Shown here piece after piece: positions 9,915-20,569 of a DNA stretch of 39,677 bases; position 1 is the first letter of the stretch, and every line of letters starts with the position of its first letter. The notes beneath the pieces were generated by a model. That model was not told the DNA's origin. It saw only the letters and a list, made by a program, of their open reading frames with translations, and did not search any database. Source of the stretch: Octopus bimaculoides (taxonomy: Eukaryota); assembly GCF_001194135.2 (NCBI RefSeq), contig NC_068982.1:126218689-126258365 (forward strand), read 5' to 3'. A program made the position numbers and the translations under genes.

Positions 9915-10105
9915 TATCATCATTATCATCATCATCTAATGTCCACTTTTCTATGCTTGCATGGGTCAGACAGAACTTGTTGAGGCAGGTCTTCTACAGC
10001 TGGATGCTCTTTTTGTCAACAACCCTTACCTATTTCCAAGCAAGGTAAAGCTTCCCCTTGGCCAGGCATGATTTTCATGGAGGACTGGAAATGCACAACC
10101 TCGCT
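9915..10105 (-). mobile_element. RTE-related 3' fragment with (ATG)n tail
   Basis: ATCATCATCTAATGTCCACTTTTCTATGCTTGCATGGG...CTACAGCTGGATGC. Confidence 0.7.
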
Positions 10106-10157
10106 TGTATGACATCACACACACACACACACGCACACACACACACGCACACACACA

Positions 10158-10205
<48 letters not shown>

Positions 10206-10255
10206 NNNNNNNNNNNNNNNNNNNNNNNNNNNNNNNNNNNNNNNNNNNNNNNNNN

Positions 10256-10296
<41 letters not shown>

Positions 10297-10301
<5 letters not shown>

Positions 10302-10460
10302 GGCTTTTTTCAGTTTCCATCTACCAAATCCACATATAAGGCTCTGACCAGCACAAGGCTACTGCAGAAACACTTGCCCAAGGTACTGAATAGTGAAATT
10401 GAACCTGAGACCACATGGTTGGGAAGCATGCTTCTTAACCACACACTCATACCTGCACCT
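10297..10460 (-). mobile_element. SINE type B, 5' half
   Basis: CAGTTTCCATCTACCAAATCC...CACTTGCCCAAGG...CCACATGGTTGGGAAGC. Confidence 0.8.
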
Positions 10461-10619
10461 ATTGTGGTAACAAAATATGAACTATGGTAACAAAAGGGTT
10501 AAAGATAAAACGTTAAAAAATTCAAGAGCTGAGAGAGCTTTTCAATTTGTGTTTAATCAACTGTCTCTTCTAATCTTATTCAAAATCAATCCCACACCAT
10601 TAATATTCAAGACATTCCA

Positions 10620-10945
10620 TTCCTTTGCTCTGCACTGATTTCGAACCGCAAGAAATACGTCCTCCTGTTCACTTTTATGCTGTTCACATTCTCGGTTGCC
10701 ATGTGACACTTGTCAGAAGTTATAAAACTTGTTTTGTTTTAAAAGTGATATTTTAAAAATTTGGTGAAACCTTACCATGACAAAAGAAGAAGGTCCAAGC
10801 GATACAAACTTAACTAGTGATCCAGTAATAAAGAGACGATGCTCTGACTATATAGGAGAGATTAAATCAAAGATATCAGAGAAGACATTATAAAATGAAT
10901 AAGGGACAGACACTTAGAGAAAGTGAGACTGATAAGAAAAGAGGT
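10620..10945. promoter_or_regulatory. Candidate bidirectional promoter / 5' exon region with an RFX X-box-like half-site
   Basis: Unique sequence with several CpGs in a CpG-poor background. GTTGCCATG lies at 10695-10703. There is a minus-strand ATG|GTAAGG (10778-10770) and a plus-strand AG|GTAAGA donor (10944). It lies between the two inferred divergent genes. Confidence 0.4.
10895..10943 (+). CDS. Candidate first coding exon of the plus-strand gene
   Basis: ATG at 10895 gives MNKGQTLRESETDKKR plus 1 nt, then the strong donor AG|GTAAGA. A 38-codon ORF (10777-10893) precedes it in another frame. Confidence 0.4.
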
Positions 10946-11639
10946 AAGACATAAATTGCTTTCATCAAATTCTTTGAAGTAGAATAATTACCGCAGTCAC
11001 CCAAACTATTCCATTCAAAACAAATCACATGGTCTCTCTTATAATTTATCGATTTTTTTTCCCCAGCTAATTTTATACTTTCTGATATAGAGTGAAAACA
11101 TTGTGGTGTCTTATGATCAATGTTATAGCATACTGATTCTATATACATATAAAGACTTATATATATATATGTGAGTGTGTGTGTGAGTGTGTGTGTGTTT
11201 ATTTAGGTGAAGGTTGTAACTATAAACCAACTTTATATAGTATCAGACTACTAACAGAAGGTTCAACAGTTCATATCCCATCACTGACGTTATGCTAATT
11301 TTAATAGCCACTCCACCCAATCTAATGATAATGAATGGAGCTTGTCTGGTTAGATTTGACATGAATATATTGAAAAGGACAAAGTCTTCAAATGAATGCA
11401 CCTTTAGTCCAACGTATATAGGGAAACTCTTTCAAGATATATATGAAATGCATGTGTGGATATATAATTAGCTTTGTATATTTGTTTGTTAAATTTGGTT
11501 CATTTCACATGGACTACTTTCAAATTTAGTACTCAATACATGATATAAAGTTTTAGATTCTTTTATCTAAGACTTATCACAATAATTATTCCAACCTAAT
11601 ACAATGAAATCTCTGTGTGTGTATTTATATATATGATGG

Positions 11640-11860
11640 ACTCTTCCGTCAAAGACGACATATGAGTATTCAGCTTTGGCCAAATGACCTGCACAAATGA
11701 TTTGTTTATAGTGATCAAATGTATATGCTGTACATTAGCTCACTCCCTCCATCAAATCGGTATTGCCTGTACAAGTGCATGGTGTACCCTGCGTCAGGTG
11801 TTGAAGTGGTCGCATAGCAGCGTGAGATGAAGTATTTTGCTCAAGAGTATAAACATGTGG
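11640..11860 (-). mobile_element. SINE type C fragment
   Basis: GTGAGATGAAGTATTTTGCTCAAGA is the reverse complement of the TCTTGAGCAAGGCACTTCATTTCA motif at about 23065; related sequence at 21325-21495. Confidence 0.6.
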
Positions 11861-11975
11861 TCTTCGACTCAGTTCCACTGTGTGGCACTTTGAGCAAGTG
11901 CCTTCTACTACAGCCTCAGGCCAGCCAAAGCCATGTCTGTGAATTTGGCTGACAGAAACTGAAAGAAGCCCATTA
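11861..11975 (+). mobile_element. SINE type B, central fragment
   Basis: AGTTCCACTGTGTGGCACTTTGAGCAAGTGCC...GAAACTGAAAGAAGCCC followed by (GT)n. Confidence 0.8.
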
Positions 11976-11995
11976 TGTGTGTGTGTGTGTGTGTG

Positions 11996-12840
11996 TGTAT
12001 TCTTCTGAAACATGGACATGTTATGAAAGACACTTCAAATTGTTAGAACAATTCCACCAAAAATGCCTTCATCACATTTTAAACATTAAATGGAGTTCTT
12101 TTACTCCAAATACAGATATCCTTGCATCTGCAGGCATCACCTCAATTAAAGCTATGATTTTGAAAAACCAAATGAGATGGTCTGGCCATATTGTTCGAAT
12201 GGCAGATGAACACACACCCAAACAGCTGCTTTATGGTGAGCTTGCAGAGGAGAAACGCTATCGGTGTAAACCTAAAAAATGGTTTAAGGACGACATAAAG
12301 ACTACCATGAAGTCACTTTGAATGTATCCAGAGGACATAGAAACCTTCACTTTGAATCAAGCTTGATGGTGAACAAAAGGGTGGAGTGGAGTGATGCATT
12401 TGAAGAGGCCAGGATAACGCATGTAAGACTCAAAAGAGATTTAAAGAATAATGTTATGATTGAGAAGGTGAATCACAATGACCTTTTTGTACGCACAGTT
12501 TGTGACAGACCATGCCTTTCTTTTGTTGGGCTCAAATTTCATTTGCGAACCCATGGAAAACGAACCTCCACCAACTATTCTGCCTATATGTCTGTGCACA
12601 CCTTTCAATGCAATGTATGTCAGAAGGTCTGCAAATCTAATGGAGGCCTCAAAAGATATTTTAAGATCCACAAAGATCAGAACTTAATTGCGGCTCTTGG
12701 TGGTCCAAATCAGATATGCAGTCTATGTGGGTGTCTTTTCAAAACATTGATTTAAAAAGCCACACCAGATGCTATGATGGTTCTGAGGTGTAAGTACAGG
12801 AGGTGGTCAAATTCTGCATAAGGAGTGGACAACCACCATA
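11996..12840 (+). mobile_element. RTE/BovB-like LINE 3' fragment; ORF2 C-terminus with three C2H2-like fingers
   Basis: Reads YSSETWTCYERHFKLLEQFHQKCLHHILNIKW...QMRWSGHIVRMADEHTPKQLLYGEL...KPKKWFKDDIK, a typical RTE C-terminal region. After a frameshift come VCDRPCLSFVGLKFHLRTH, CNVCQKVCKSNGGLKRYFKIH and CSLCGCLFKTL/LKSHTRC. The 3' UTR has a GGTGGT...ACCACC stem. Confidence 0.9.
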
Positions 12841-12854
12841 CATCTGTATAAAAT

Positions 12855-13095
12855 CATCGTCATCATCATTCAGCATCTACTTTTCCTGCTGGCATGGGTT
12901 GAATGGTTTGACAGGAGCAGGCAAGTCAGAAGACTGCATCAAGCTCTTCTACCTGATTTAGTACAGTATCTATGGCTGGATGCCTTTCCAAATGCCAACC
13001 ACTTTACTGAGTGTACTGGATGCTTTTTTATGCAGCACCAACAGCAGTAAGGTCACCAAATAACTTGCAAGACAAGACCAGTCAACTGAGAGAGG
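12855..13095 (-). mobile_element. RTE 3' UTR fragment with (ATG)n tail
   Basis: CATCGTCATCATCATTCAGCATCTACTTTTCCTGCTGGCATGGG...GGATGCCTTTCCAAATGCCAACCAC. Confidence 0.75.
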
Positions 13096-13189
13096 GAGTA
13101 ACATTGAGAGATGTGGCTTTGAGCCAGATGAGAAGTTATTGTAGTAAGAGAGGGACAGAAATAGGTGACTTGCTGTGGAGGAGATGCAA

Positions 13190-13285
13190 AACTTGCCAGC
13201 TCATGTTGAATTATCCAACTCATGCCAACATGGAAAACATATGTTAAATAATGATGATGATGATGATGATGATGATGATGGTGAT
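13190..13285 (+). mobile_element. RTE extreme 3' end with (ATG)n tail
   Basis: CAACTCATGCCAACATGGAAAACATATGTTAAATAATGATGATG... Confidence 0.75.
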
Positions 13286-13321
13286 ATATAAATACACACG
13301 CACACATATATTTATTTATAT

Positions 13322-13570
13322 ATATCTATTTCTTTATTACCCACAGGAGGCTAAACATAGAGGGGACAAACAAGGACAGACAAAGGGATTAAGTTGATAA
13401 CATCAACCCCAGTGCATAACTGGTACTTTTTTAATCGACCCTGAAAGGATGNNNNNNNNNNGGGATTAAGTTGATAACATCAACCCCAGTGCATAACTGG
13501 TACTTTTTTAATCGACCCTGAAAGGATGAAAGGCAAAGTCAACCTTGGTGGAATTTGAACTCAGAACATA
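13322..13570 (-). mobile_element. SINE type A (contains a gap-associated 67-bp duplication)
   Basis: GAGGGGACAAACAAGGACAGACAAAGGG...GAAAGGATGAAAGGCAAAGTC...GAATTTGAACTCAGAAC. Confidence 0.85.
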
Positions 13571-13572
13571 AA

Positions 13573-14090
13573 CCAGAGGGCTGCACCAAGTTCCAGTATG
13601 ATTTGACATGGTTGCTATAGCTGGATGCCCTTCCTAATGCCAACCACTCCAAGAGTGTAATGGGTACTTTTATGTACCAATGGCATGGGTGCTTCTATGT
13701 GCCACTGGCTCAGGTGCCAGTTACGTGACACCAGCATCGGCCACAACTACAATTCCACTTGGCTTGATGAGTTTTCTCAAGCACAGCAAATCGCCAACGA
13801 TCTCAGTCGCTTGTCATTGCTTTTGTAAGGCCCAACGTTCAACGATCATGCTTCACCACCTCATCCCATGTCTTTCTGGGTCTGTTTCTTCCACAAGTTC
13901 CCTTTACGGTCAGAGATTGGCACCTCTTTACACGGCTGTTCTCATCCATACACATCACATGGACACACCATGGCAATTGTCTCTCTTGCCCACCACATCT
14001 GATACCTCTTATGCTCAACTTTTTCCTCAAGACGCTCACACTCTGTCGGACATGCACACTGATATTGCACATCCAGCGAAACATACTGGC
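13573..14090 (-). mobile_element. RTE LINE 3' fragment (ORF2 C-terminus plus 3' UTR)
   Basis: Reads MFRWMCNISV...GTCGRNRPRKTWDEVVKHDR*TLGLTKAMTSD*DRWRFAVLEKT, followed by the UTR TGGTTGGCATTAGGAAGGGCATCCAGC shared with the (CAT)n-linked fragments. Confidence 0.9.
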
Positions 14091-14112
14091 TTAATTTCTT
14101 TCATGCCTATGC

Positions 14113-14150
<38 letters not shown>

Positions 14151-14210
14151 TAACTAAATAGCTAAAAAAACAAAAGAACACTTTAATATAAACAATATTA
14201 AATGCTATAT

Positions 14211-14430
14211 AAGGCAGTGAGATGGCAGAAACATTAGCACACTGGGCGAAATGCTTAGCAGTATTTCATCTGTCGTTACGTTCTGAGTTCAAATTCTGCT
14301 GAGGTCGACTTTGCCTTTCATCCTTCCGGGGTCGATAAATTAAATACCAGTTGCGTACTAGGGTCAATCTAATCGACTGTCCCACCAACTCCCCCAAAAT
14401 TTCTGGCCTTGTGCCTCAAGTAAAAAAGAT
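14211..14430 (+). mobile_element. SINE type A, near full length
   Basis: GATGGCAGAAACATTAGCAC...GTTCTGAGTTCAAATTC...GTCGACTTTGCCTTTCATCCTTCCGGGGTCGATAAA. Confidence 0.9.
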
Positions 14431-14804
14431 GATTAAATGCTATATATTTGTAAACAATAATTTCAGACAACAAAAAACATTTTAAAATAGGGCAAAGAAC
14501 TTACAGATGTGAATCAAACTTGGCAAAAGCCATTTTACCTTGATTCAGTCAGTGTCTAGTGATTTTTTTTTATCTCTCAAGATATATATATTTTTTTACA
14601 AATCTATTACATTCAATACACATTTGTACTCATGCACCCATGCACACATGTACATGCGTACATATGTATATTATTTGTGTTTGTATGTGCGTGTGTGTGT
14701 GTGTGTGTGAGTGTGTGAGTGTGTGTATGTGTATGTATGCATATATGTATGTATATTTACATGCATGTATATATGTATGCACATTTACATGCATATATGC
14801 ATGT

Positions 14805-14892
14805 GTATGTGTGTGTGTGTGTGTGTGTCTGCATGTACATATAGTATTAAAATATAAGTGTGTATATACATATATATATATATATATATATT

Positions 14893-14929
<37 letters not shown>

Positions 14930-14991
14930 ATTAACGTGATGATGATGATGATGATATATATATACACTTACATTTTAATACTATACTTACA

Positions 14992-15020
<29 letters not shown>
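14805..15020. repeat. Imperfect fold-back palindrome built from microsatellites plus a unique spacer
   Basis: (GT)n-unique-(TA)n-(TCA)12-ATTAACG-(TGA)6-(TA)n-unique'-(AC)n. The unique cores 14831-14868 and 14960-14994 are reverse complements. Confidence 0.85.
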
Positions 15021-15041
<21 letters not shown>

Positions 15042-15063
15042 CACACATGTGTGTAAACATGTA

Positions 15064-15720
15064 CACTCATCCCGTTGTAAAATATGGAACACCTGCAAAA
15101 TTCTTGATTTCTTTTGAAAATCTGTTCTATTTTTTTCATTATTTAAGAAAAAAATTTGAAATCAGATTATCTATTATATTCCGATTATGAAAAAAAAAAT
15201 AATAAAAAATACAAATAGAAATAGAATTTATGTTTATTCATAACCCAAACTTAATAATCAATGCCTCTAGCATGATTATCTTGAAGTTTCCAACTCTGTT
15301 AATCATACTGACAACAAATGTTTTCAATAATGTGGGCTCCAATTTTAAAAGTTCTTCAATTTTACTTTCACTGAAAGATGTGCCAATGATTTATAGCGTG
15401 GTTAAAGTTTTTCAGACTGTCTTGGTGAAGACAAAGTATCAGTTTCATGACCTTGGATAAAGTTTTGATTAATTTGGGACGAATGAGTGGGAACATTATC
15501 ATATTGGCGATTTTCCAGTTTGAGATGAGTAAACTTTTGGACAAAGAGAAAAATGTAGTTTTGCAAAATTTCTTCCTTTATTATATGATACAGTGACTGT
15601 TTTGTAGTAAAGTATAATGGCCTAACACCTTGATTAATAATACATCCCTTAAACATTGTAACCGTTTACAAAATCCTCTTGCTGATTGTAAATAATCTCT
15701 TCTCCCTAATGTTATTATTC
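15064..15720 (-). mobile_element. Decayed Tc1-family transposase remnant with one TIR-like end
   Basis: TA|CACTC...AAAATATGGAACAC at 15062. Minus strand reads GCIINQGVRPLYF...QYDNVPTHSSQ...LSSPRQS (cf. WGC..GVGPL...QQDNAP.H.S...L.WP.QSPDL) and ends ARGIDY*. Confidence 0.55.
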
Positions 15721-16374
15721 GCAAAGGATAAATAAATAAATATTGTTGTATCTTGGGAGGGTCATTATGCCAATAATCTTAACACATGTACTGGTTCAGT
15801 ATCACTTCTTTATTGTTGGTTAAATATCTAACCAACTAACTAATCAATCATTTGTTTAATGTGCTGGCTAAACAACCAATCAGTTGTTTGTTAGTCAAAG
15901 TTCTTTCATCACTGTTCACAACTTTCTCAGTCACTTCCCTTTCTCTCTCTCCAAGATCTGCTCTGAGTCTCTTCGAGAATTGGTCTTATGCCTAAGTTAG
16001 AAACGAAATAAATAAATATGTAAATGTTAAGAAATGATTATCATTTTATCAGAAGAACTATGAAGGATACAGGGGTGTGAGTTGACTTTTCCTGACTGTC
16101 TTGGAATATAACAGGCCTTGCTAGATATCTTCAAGCCTCTTCCTGCTTTTTATCATTCTCATTAAAATCAATCACATACTTTCCTTTATTGCCTTCATAC
16201 ATTCTTCAGTGTAATCCCTCCATCTCTTTTTCTTTTTTTCTCAATTCCACCCATGGGATCCACTTTTTTCTCTATGATTTTCTAAATGAGTAATGTTAAC
16301 TTTACATAAAGGAACAGAATTCAATTCAGTTGAGAGAATACCCAAGAATAAAGAAGTGTCCGTTACTTTTGCAG

Positions 16375-16725
16375 GTCCTCATTGGTTGATGTCCTGAAAT
16401 GAACTCCTACAGGTTGATTCTTATATTGAGAAAACAGAGCTAAGGAACAAATTTCAGCAGATTGCAGCTCTGAGGTGGAAGGATTAAACAGTGTTTTGTG
16501 CATGGCTAAGGTTAGTTCAACACAGTAGGAAATCAGAGAATAGAGCATTGGATAAGCTGAGGCAAAGGTGGTGCACAACAAAGTTCAGAGAAGTAGAAGC
16601 AATTTTAAGATTAACAGTAAAGGAAGAAGAAATAGCAAATCTGTTTGTGAGAAGTTAGAGATTGCTGAGTGAATCCATTGACAATCAACCAGATGGTCAT
16701 TTTGGGATGTAGTCTAGAATTATGT
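16375..16725 (+). mobile_element. Possible BEL/Pao LTR-retrotransposon pol remnant
   Basis: One frame with several stops: GPHWL...FCAWLRLV...EVEAILRLTVKEEE...DNQPDGHFGM*SRI. This resembles the BEL motifs GP.WL, TAW..RF., AE...IR..Q.E.F and D..G.LRV.GRL. Pattern similarity only. Confidence 0.35.
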
Positions 16726-16730
16726 AACTC

Positions 16731-17653
16731 TAGTAATTCCTTGACTATCACAGGTGTTACACTCCAAAACCTCCTGATGATAGGTGAAAATCCACAAAGT
16801 ACTGTACTCTTTTTCTCTTTTACTCTTTTACTTGTTTCAGTCATTTGACTATGGCCATGCTGGGGCACCACCTTTAGTTGAGCAAATCGACCCCAGGACT
16901 CATTCTTTGTAAGCCTAGTACTTATTCTATCGGTCTCTTTTTGTCGAACCGCTAAGTTATGGGGACGTAAACACACCAGCATTGGTTGTCAAGCGAAGTT
17001 GGGGAGACAAACACAGACACACAAACATATACACACACATACATATATATACATATATACATATATATGACGGGCTTCTTTCAGTTTCCTCTACCAAATC
17101 CACTCACAAGGCTTTGGTCGGCCCGAGGCTATAGTAGAAGACACTTGCCCGAGGTGCCATGCAGTGGGACTGAACCTGGAATCATGTGGTTGGTAAGCAA
17201 GCTACTTACCACACAGCCACTCCTGCGCCTACTGTATATATTTAAAAAAATTTTTTATCATTTTTATAATTTGTTTATATTTATTTTATTATAAATGCAA
17301 AGCATCACCACACACTTGCCTCCCAAGTTTTGTATTCCATACAGTATGTGCAATTCTTTGTTTACTCATCTGCAGTACACAACATATTTTCTTTTAATAT
17401 ATTTTAATTAATGTATTATACAGTGCAGTACTCTACTTGTACTCTATTTCTGTTTATTAATTTATTAATTTATTAATTTTTAGGTGTGAAAATGCTTATT
17501 TTACCACAGAAATAATTAAAATCTAAAAAAATATAAATACCTTTCGGTCACAGAAACCCGTCCACAATATAAATTTACATATATTAGTCAGAAAAATCCA
17601 CGCTGTACTGAGTGCATGATAGGTGGACCACGATATGGTGAGGGCTTACTGTA
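16731..17653. mobile_element. Tigger/pogo-like non-autonomous element split by a SINE
   Basis: Left end TAGTAATTCCTTGACTATC; right end ...GATATGGTGAGGGCTTACTG|TA (reverse complement CAGTAAGCCCTCACCATATC). These are imperfect TIRs with a TA flank. Confidence 0.55.
16807..17229 (-). mobile_element. SINE type B, full length, with 7-bp target-site duplication
   Basis: Complete head (AGGCGCAGGAGTGGCTGTGTGGTAAG), internal (TA/CA)n and AGTAAAAG tail. TACTGTA occurs at 16800-16806 and 17230-17236. Confidence 0.92.
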
Positions 17654-18549
17654 CTGAAGATCTTACATGACAGAGATAATTAATGAAATGTTTGGGAGTA
17701 ATCCATAAATATATTATGCCAGATGTGACATCCATTAATCTGCTGTTTCTTTCTGCAATGCATATTATTTGATGCAGTTATTCAGGGAGGATATTTAGCA
17801 TGAAAGCTGCAATCCATATCCACTCCAGGTTTGTTATAACTGGAGGTTCCAATTTAGATGACACTGAAAGAGGACAAGCCAGATGTAGCTAGTACTGTAA
17901 TTCATCATGGATCCAGCTATTTACATGTACATATTATATGTTATCCTGGCCTACACTTCAGAATCATTATTATTGTTTTCATTATATATTTTTACTCCCT
18001 TGTGTCTCTTAACAGGCTGATCAGTTATGGCAGGTGTATGTGTTATATCTTGACACTCAGAGCCTGTAGATGTTTTAGATGTGTGTGTGTATGTATGTAT
18101 AGATGTGTGTGTGTGTGTGTGTGTGTGTTTGTACGTGTATGTGTTTGTTTAGGTATTGAGTGAAATGTTTTTGTAGTATTGAAGTGTTTGTTAGGTTTAG
18201 GGTTGTCTCTACTTTTCATTTTATTTATCTTCTTTGATTATATATCTCTATTTATCTATCTGTCTATCCCTCTGTTCAGCTGTTTATTTACCTGTCTTTG
18301 TCCTTATACATACATATATGCATAGGTATATATATATATATATATATNNNNNNNNNNNNNNNNNNNNNNNNNNNNNNNNNNNNNNNNNNNNNNNNNNNNN
18401 NNNNNNNNNNNNNNNNNNNNNNNNNNNNNNNNNNNNNNNNNNNNNNNNNNNNNNNNNNNNNNNNNNNNNNNNNNNNNNNNNNNNNNNNNNNNNNNNNNNN
18501 NNNNNNNNNNNNNNNNNNNNNNNNNNNNNNNNNNNNNNNNNNNNNNNNN

Positions 18550-18594
<45 letters not shown>

Positions 18595-19136
18595 TTTCCC
18601 TTGTCTCATGAAATAAGTTTCTTTGATGTGTCTATAATTATTTCATTTAATGTTTGTATCATGGCGTCAAAATATCGAAGTCTGTAAATTTGGTATTTTC
18701 CATTTAACCATTTTGTTAAGAAAGAACCAGATTCAATTGGATATTCCTATAGTTGATTTCTGTTGTTGTTATGTGAGTGTATATATAAAAGGAGGTAATG
18801 AATAAGTAGCCGAAGCAATACCAGGGGAAAACAGTTTCCCCCATGTGGTTTCGTCAGATAGGTTTATGGAACAAAAACAAAACCAGCAGAGAATTTATAG
18901 TAATTCGTTTGATGTTAATATATGTATAATTTAACATATAGAAGGTGAGTTTGTATAGGAGAAGAATTTAGATAAAAAATTCACTGTTGCATAGTAATGT
19001 TTTGTTTGTGTTTGAAAGATATTTAGGATCAAGTTCTAAAATTTATATCATAATGGTGATGAAATTGCGGGTTAAATATATAACATTATATTATGTGGAG
19101 GTTGACGAATCAAATATGTTTTGATTTAGAAAAAAA

Positions 19137-19174
<38 letters not shown>

Positions 19175-19465
19175 AATTATATTAGATTTTTGTTTTGTGT
19201 ATTTCTAGCTCTTTAGCAGAATATTCTTTCTCTTTACATCTAACTCTGTGTGTGTGAGTGTGTGTGTGTGTGCATGTTTTGTGGTTTACATACACAGGCA
19301 TATTCGAACCTGTAAGAAGGTGATTCACCGCATTTTGTCATGGAAAAAAAATTCTTGCTGCAGACTAAAAGGTAAACACCAATTCAGTTCAGAACGCCCT
19401 CTACCCAGATGCATGCAGTTTAGAATAGTTATCCCCTCTTCAGTATTGAACACAGGAAAGAGAGG

Positions 19466-19500
<35 letters not shown>

Positions 19501-19863
19501 GGGGAAAGTAATTCTCTTTTAGTACCTTATTACTTAACACACTCACTGGTTCGATTTCCACTCATTTACTTATCTATTTTTTCTAAAATTTTCATCACAT
19601 CTTGCAACCTCTCCAATAGCTGTTGACTCTGTCTTGTATCAGGGCTGCATTCTTTTTGTTTGTTTGTTTGTGTGCATGTGTACACATCATTGTGCATGTG
19701 TGCACATCATTGTGCATGTGTATACACATATGTATGTATGTATGTATGTATAGTGTACTGGTCCATGATGGTAGGATGAACAAAAAAATATACTCCATCT
19801 GATGAGAGATAAATATTATTCAATAAACACAGTATATATTTTTATGAGCTACAAATAATTTAA

Positions 19864-20072
19864 CACTTTTGTTACCATGTTTATTTTAAGATGCTCTGTG
19901 TTTCTTTCAATTATTTTAAATATAACAAAGAATTTAGTAAAATAACTTAGTTCTCATTAAGCTAGTGTTAGGAACATAAATTGTGACTAAGGTTTGGTGG
20001 AAGATTTTAATTCAAAATTTATGACTTACTGCAGAGCCAGAGACGTTTTCCGGTAGCTTGGTATCGAAAGGG
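19864..20072. mobile_element. piggyBac-like MITE, family 1
   Basis: TTAA|CACTTTTGTTACC ... GGTATCGAAAGGG|TTAT; same family as 9312-10498. Confidence 0.7.
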
Positions 20073-20210
20073 TTATGTGATGAAAACAACTCAGACAGCA
20101 TTTTATAACACATCTGGTGCCTTCATGCAATCATCAGGCTCTATACAGCTAAGTGCTTTATAGGTGCAAAACCAACGTTACTCTCTGACCATCCATAACA
20201 AACAACCTTC

Positions 20211-20272
<62 letters not shown>

Positions 20273-20569
20273 ATGTGCTGTTCCATGACAGAAAATTCAA
20301 CAAAGAAGTATATANNNNNNNNNNNNNNNNNNNNNNNNNNNNNNNNNNNNNNNNNNNNNNNNNNNNNNNNNNNNNNNNNNNNNNNNNNNNNNNNNNNNNN
20401 NNNNNNNNNNNNNNNNNNNNNNNNNNNNNNNNNNNNNNNNNNNNNNNNNNNNNNNNNNNNNNNNNNNNNNNNNNNNNNNNNNNNNNNNNNNNNNNNNNNN
20501 NNNNNNNNNNNNNNNNNNNNNNNNNNNNNNNNNNNNNNNNNNNNNNNNNNNNNNNNNNNNNNNNNNNNN

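Larger units (their letters stand above)
9312..10498. mobile_element. piggyBac-like MITE expanded by nested insertions
   Basis: TTAA|CCCTTTTCATACC at 9308 and GGTAACAAAAGGG|TTAA at 10502. Internal 9752-9905 is the reverse complement of the body of the 19864-20072 copy. Confidence 0.7.

Noticed and set aside
10612-10706. Plus-strand acceptor followed by a TM-like ORF end (DIPFLCSALISNRKKYVLLFTFMLFTFSVAM*), and alternative open frames on minus (SHGNRECEQHK..., MATENVNSIK...)
   Set aside because: Several frames on both strands look equally protein-like and none could be chained to neighbouring exons, so it cannot be resolved without transcripts.
13385-13528. Exact 67-bp direct repeat flanking a 10-N gap
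   Set aside because: Identical copies on either side of a minimal gap are typical of unmerged contig overlap, an assembly artefact.
16090-16290. Minus-strand frame KKWIPWVEL...WRDYTEECMKAIKE resembling a LINE endonuclease-RT linker
   Set aside because: Multiple stops and only vague similarity; not enough to call.
18942-18944. Possible 3-nt microexon (atatAG|AAG|GTGAGT)
   Set aside because: The donor is strong but the pyrimidine tract is poor, and such motifs arise by chance in 40 kb.
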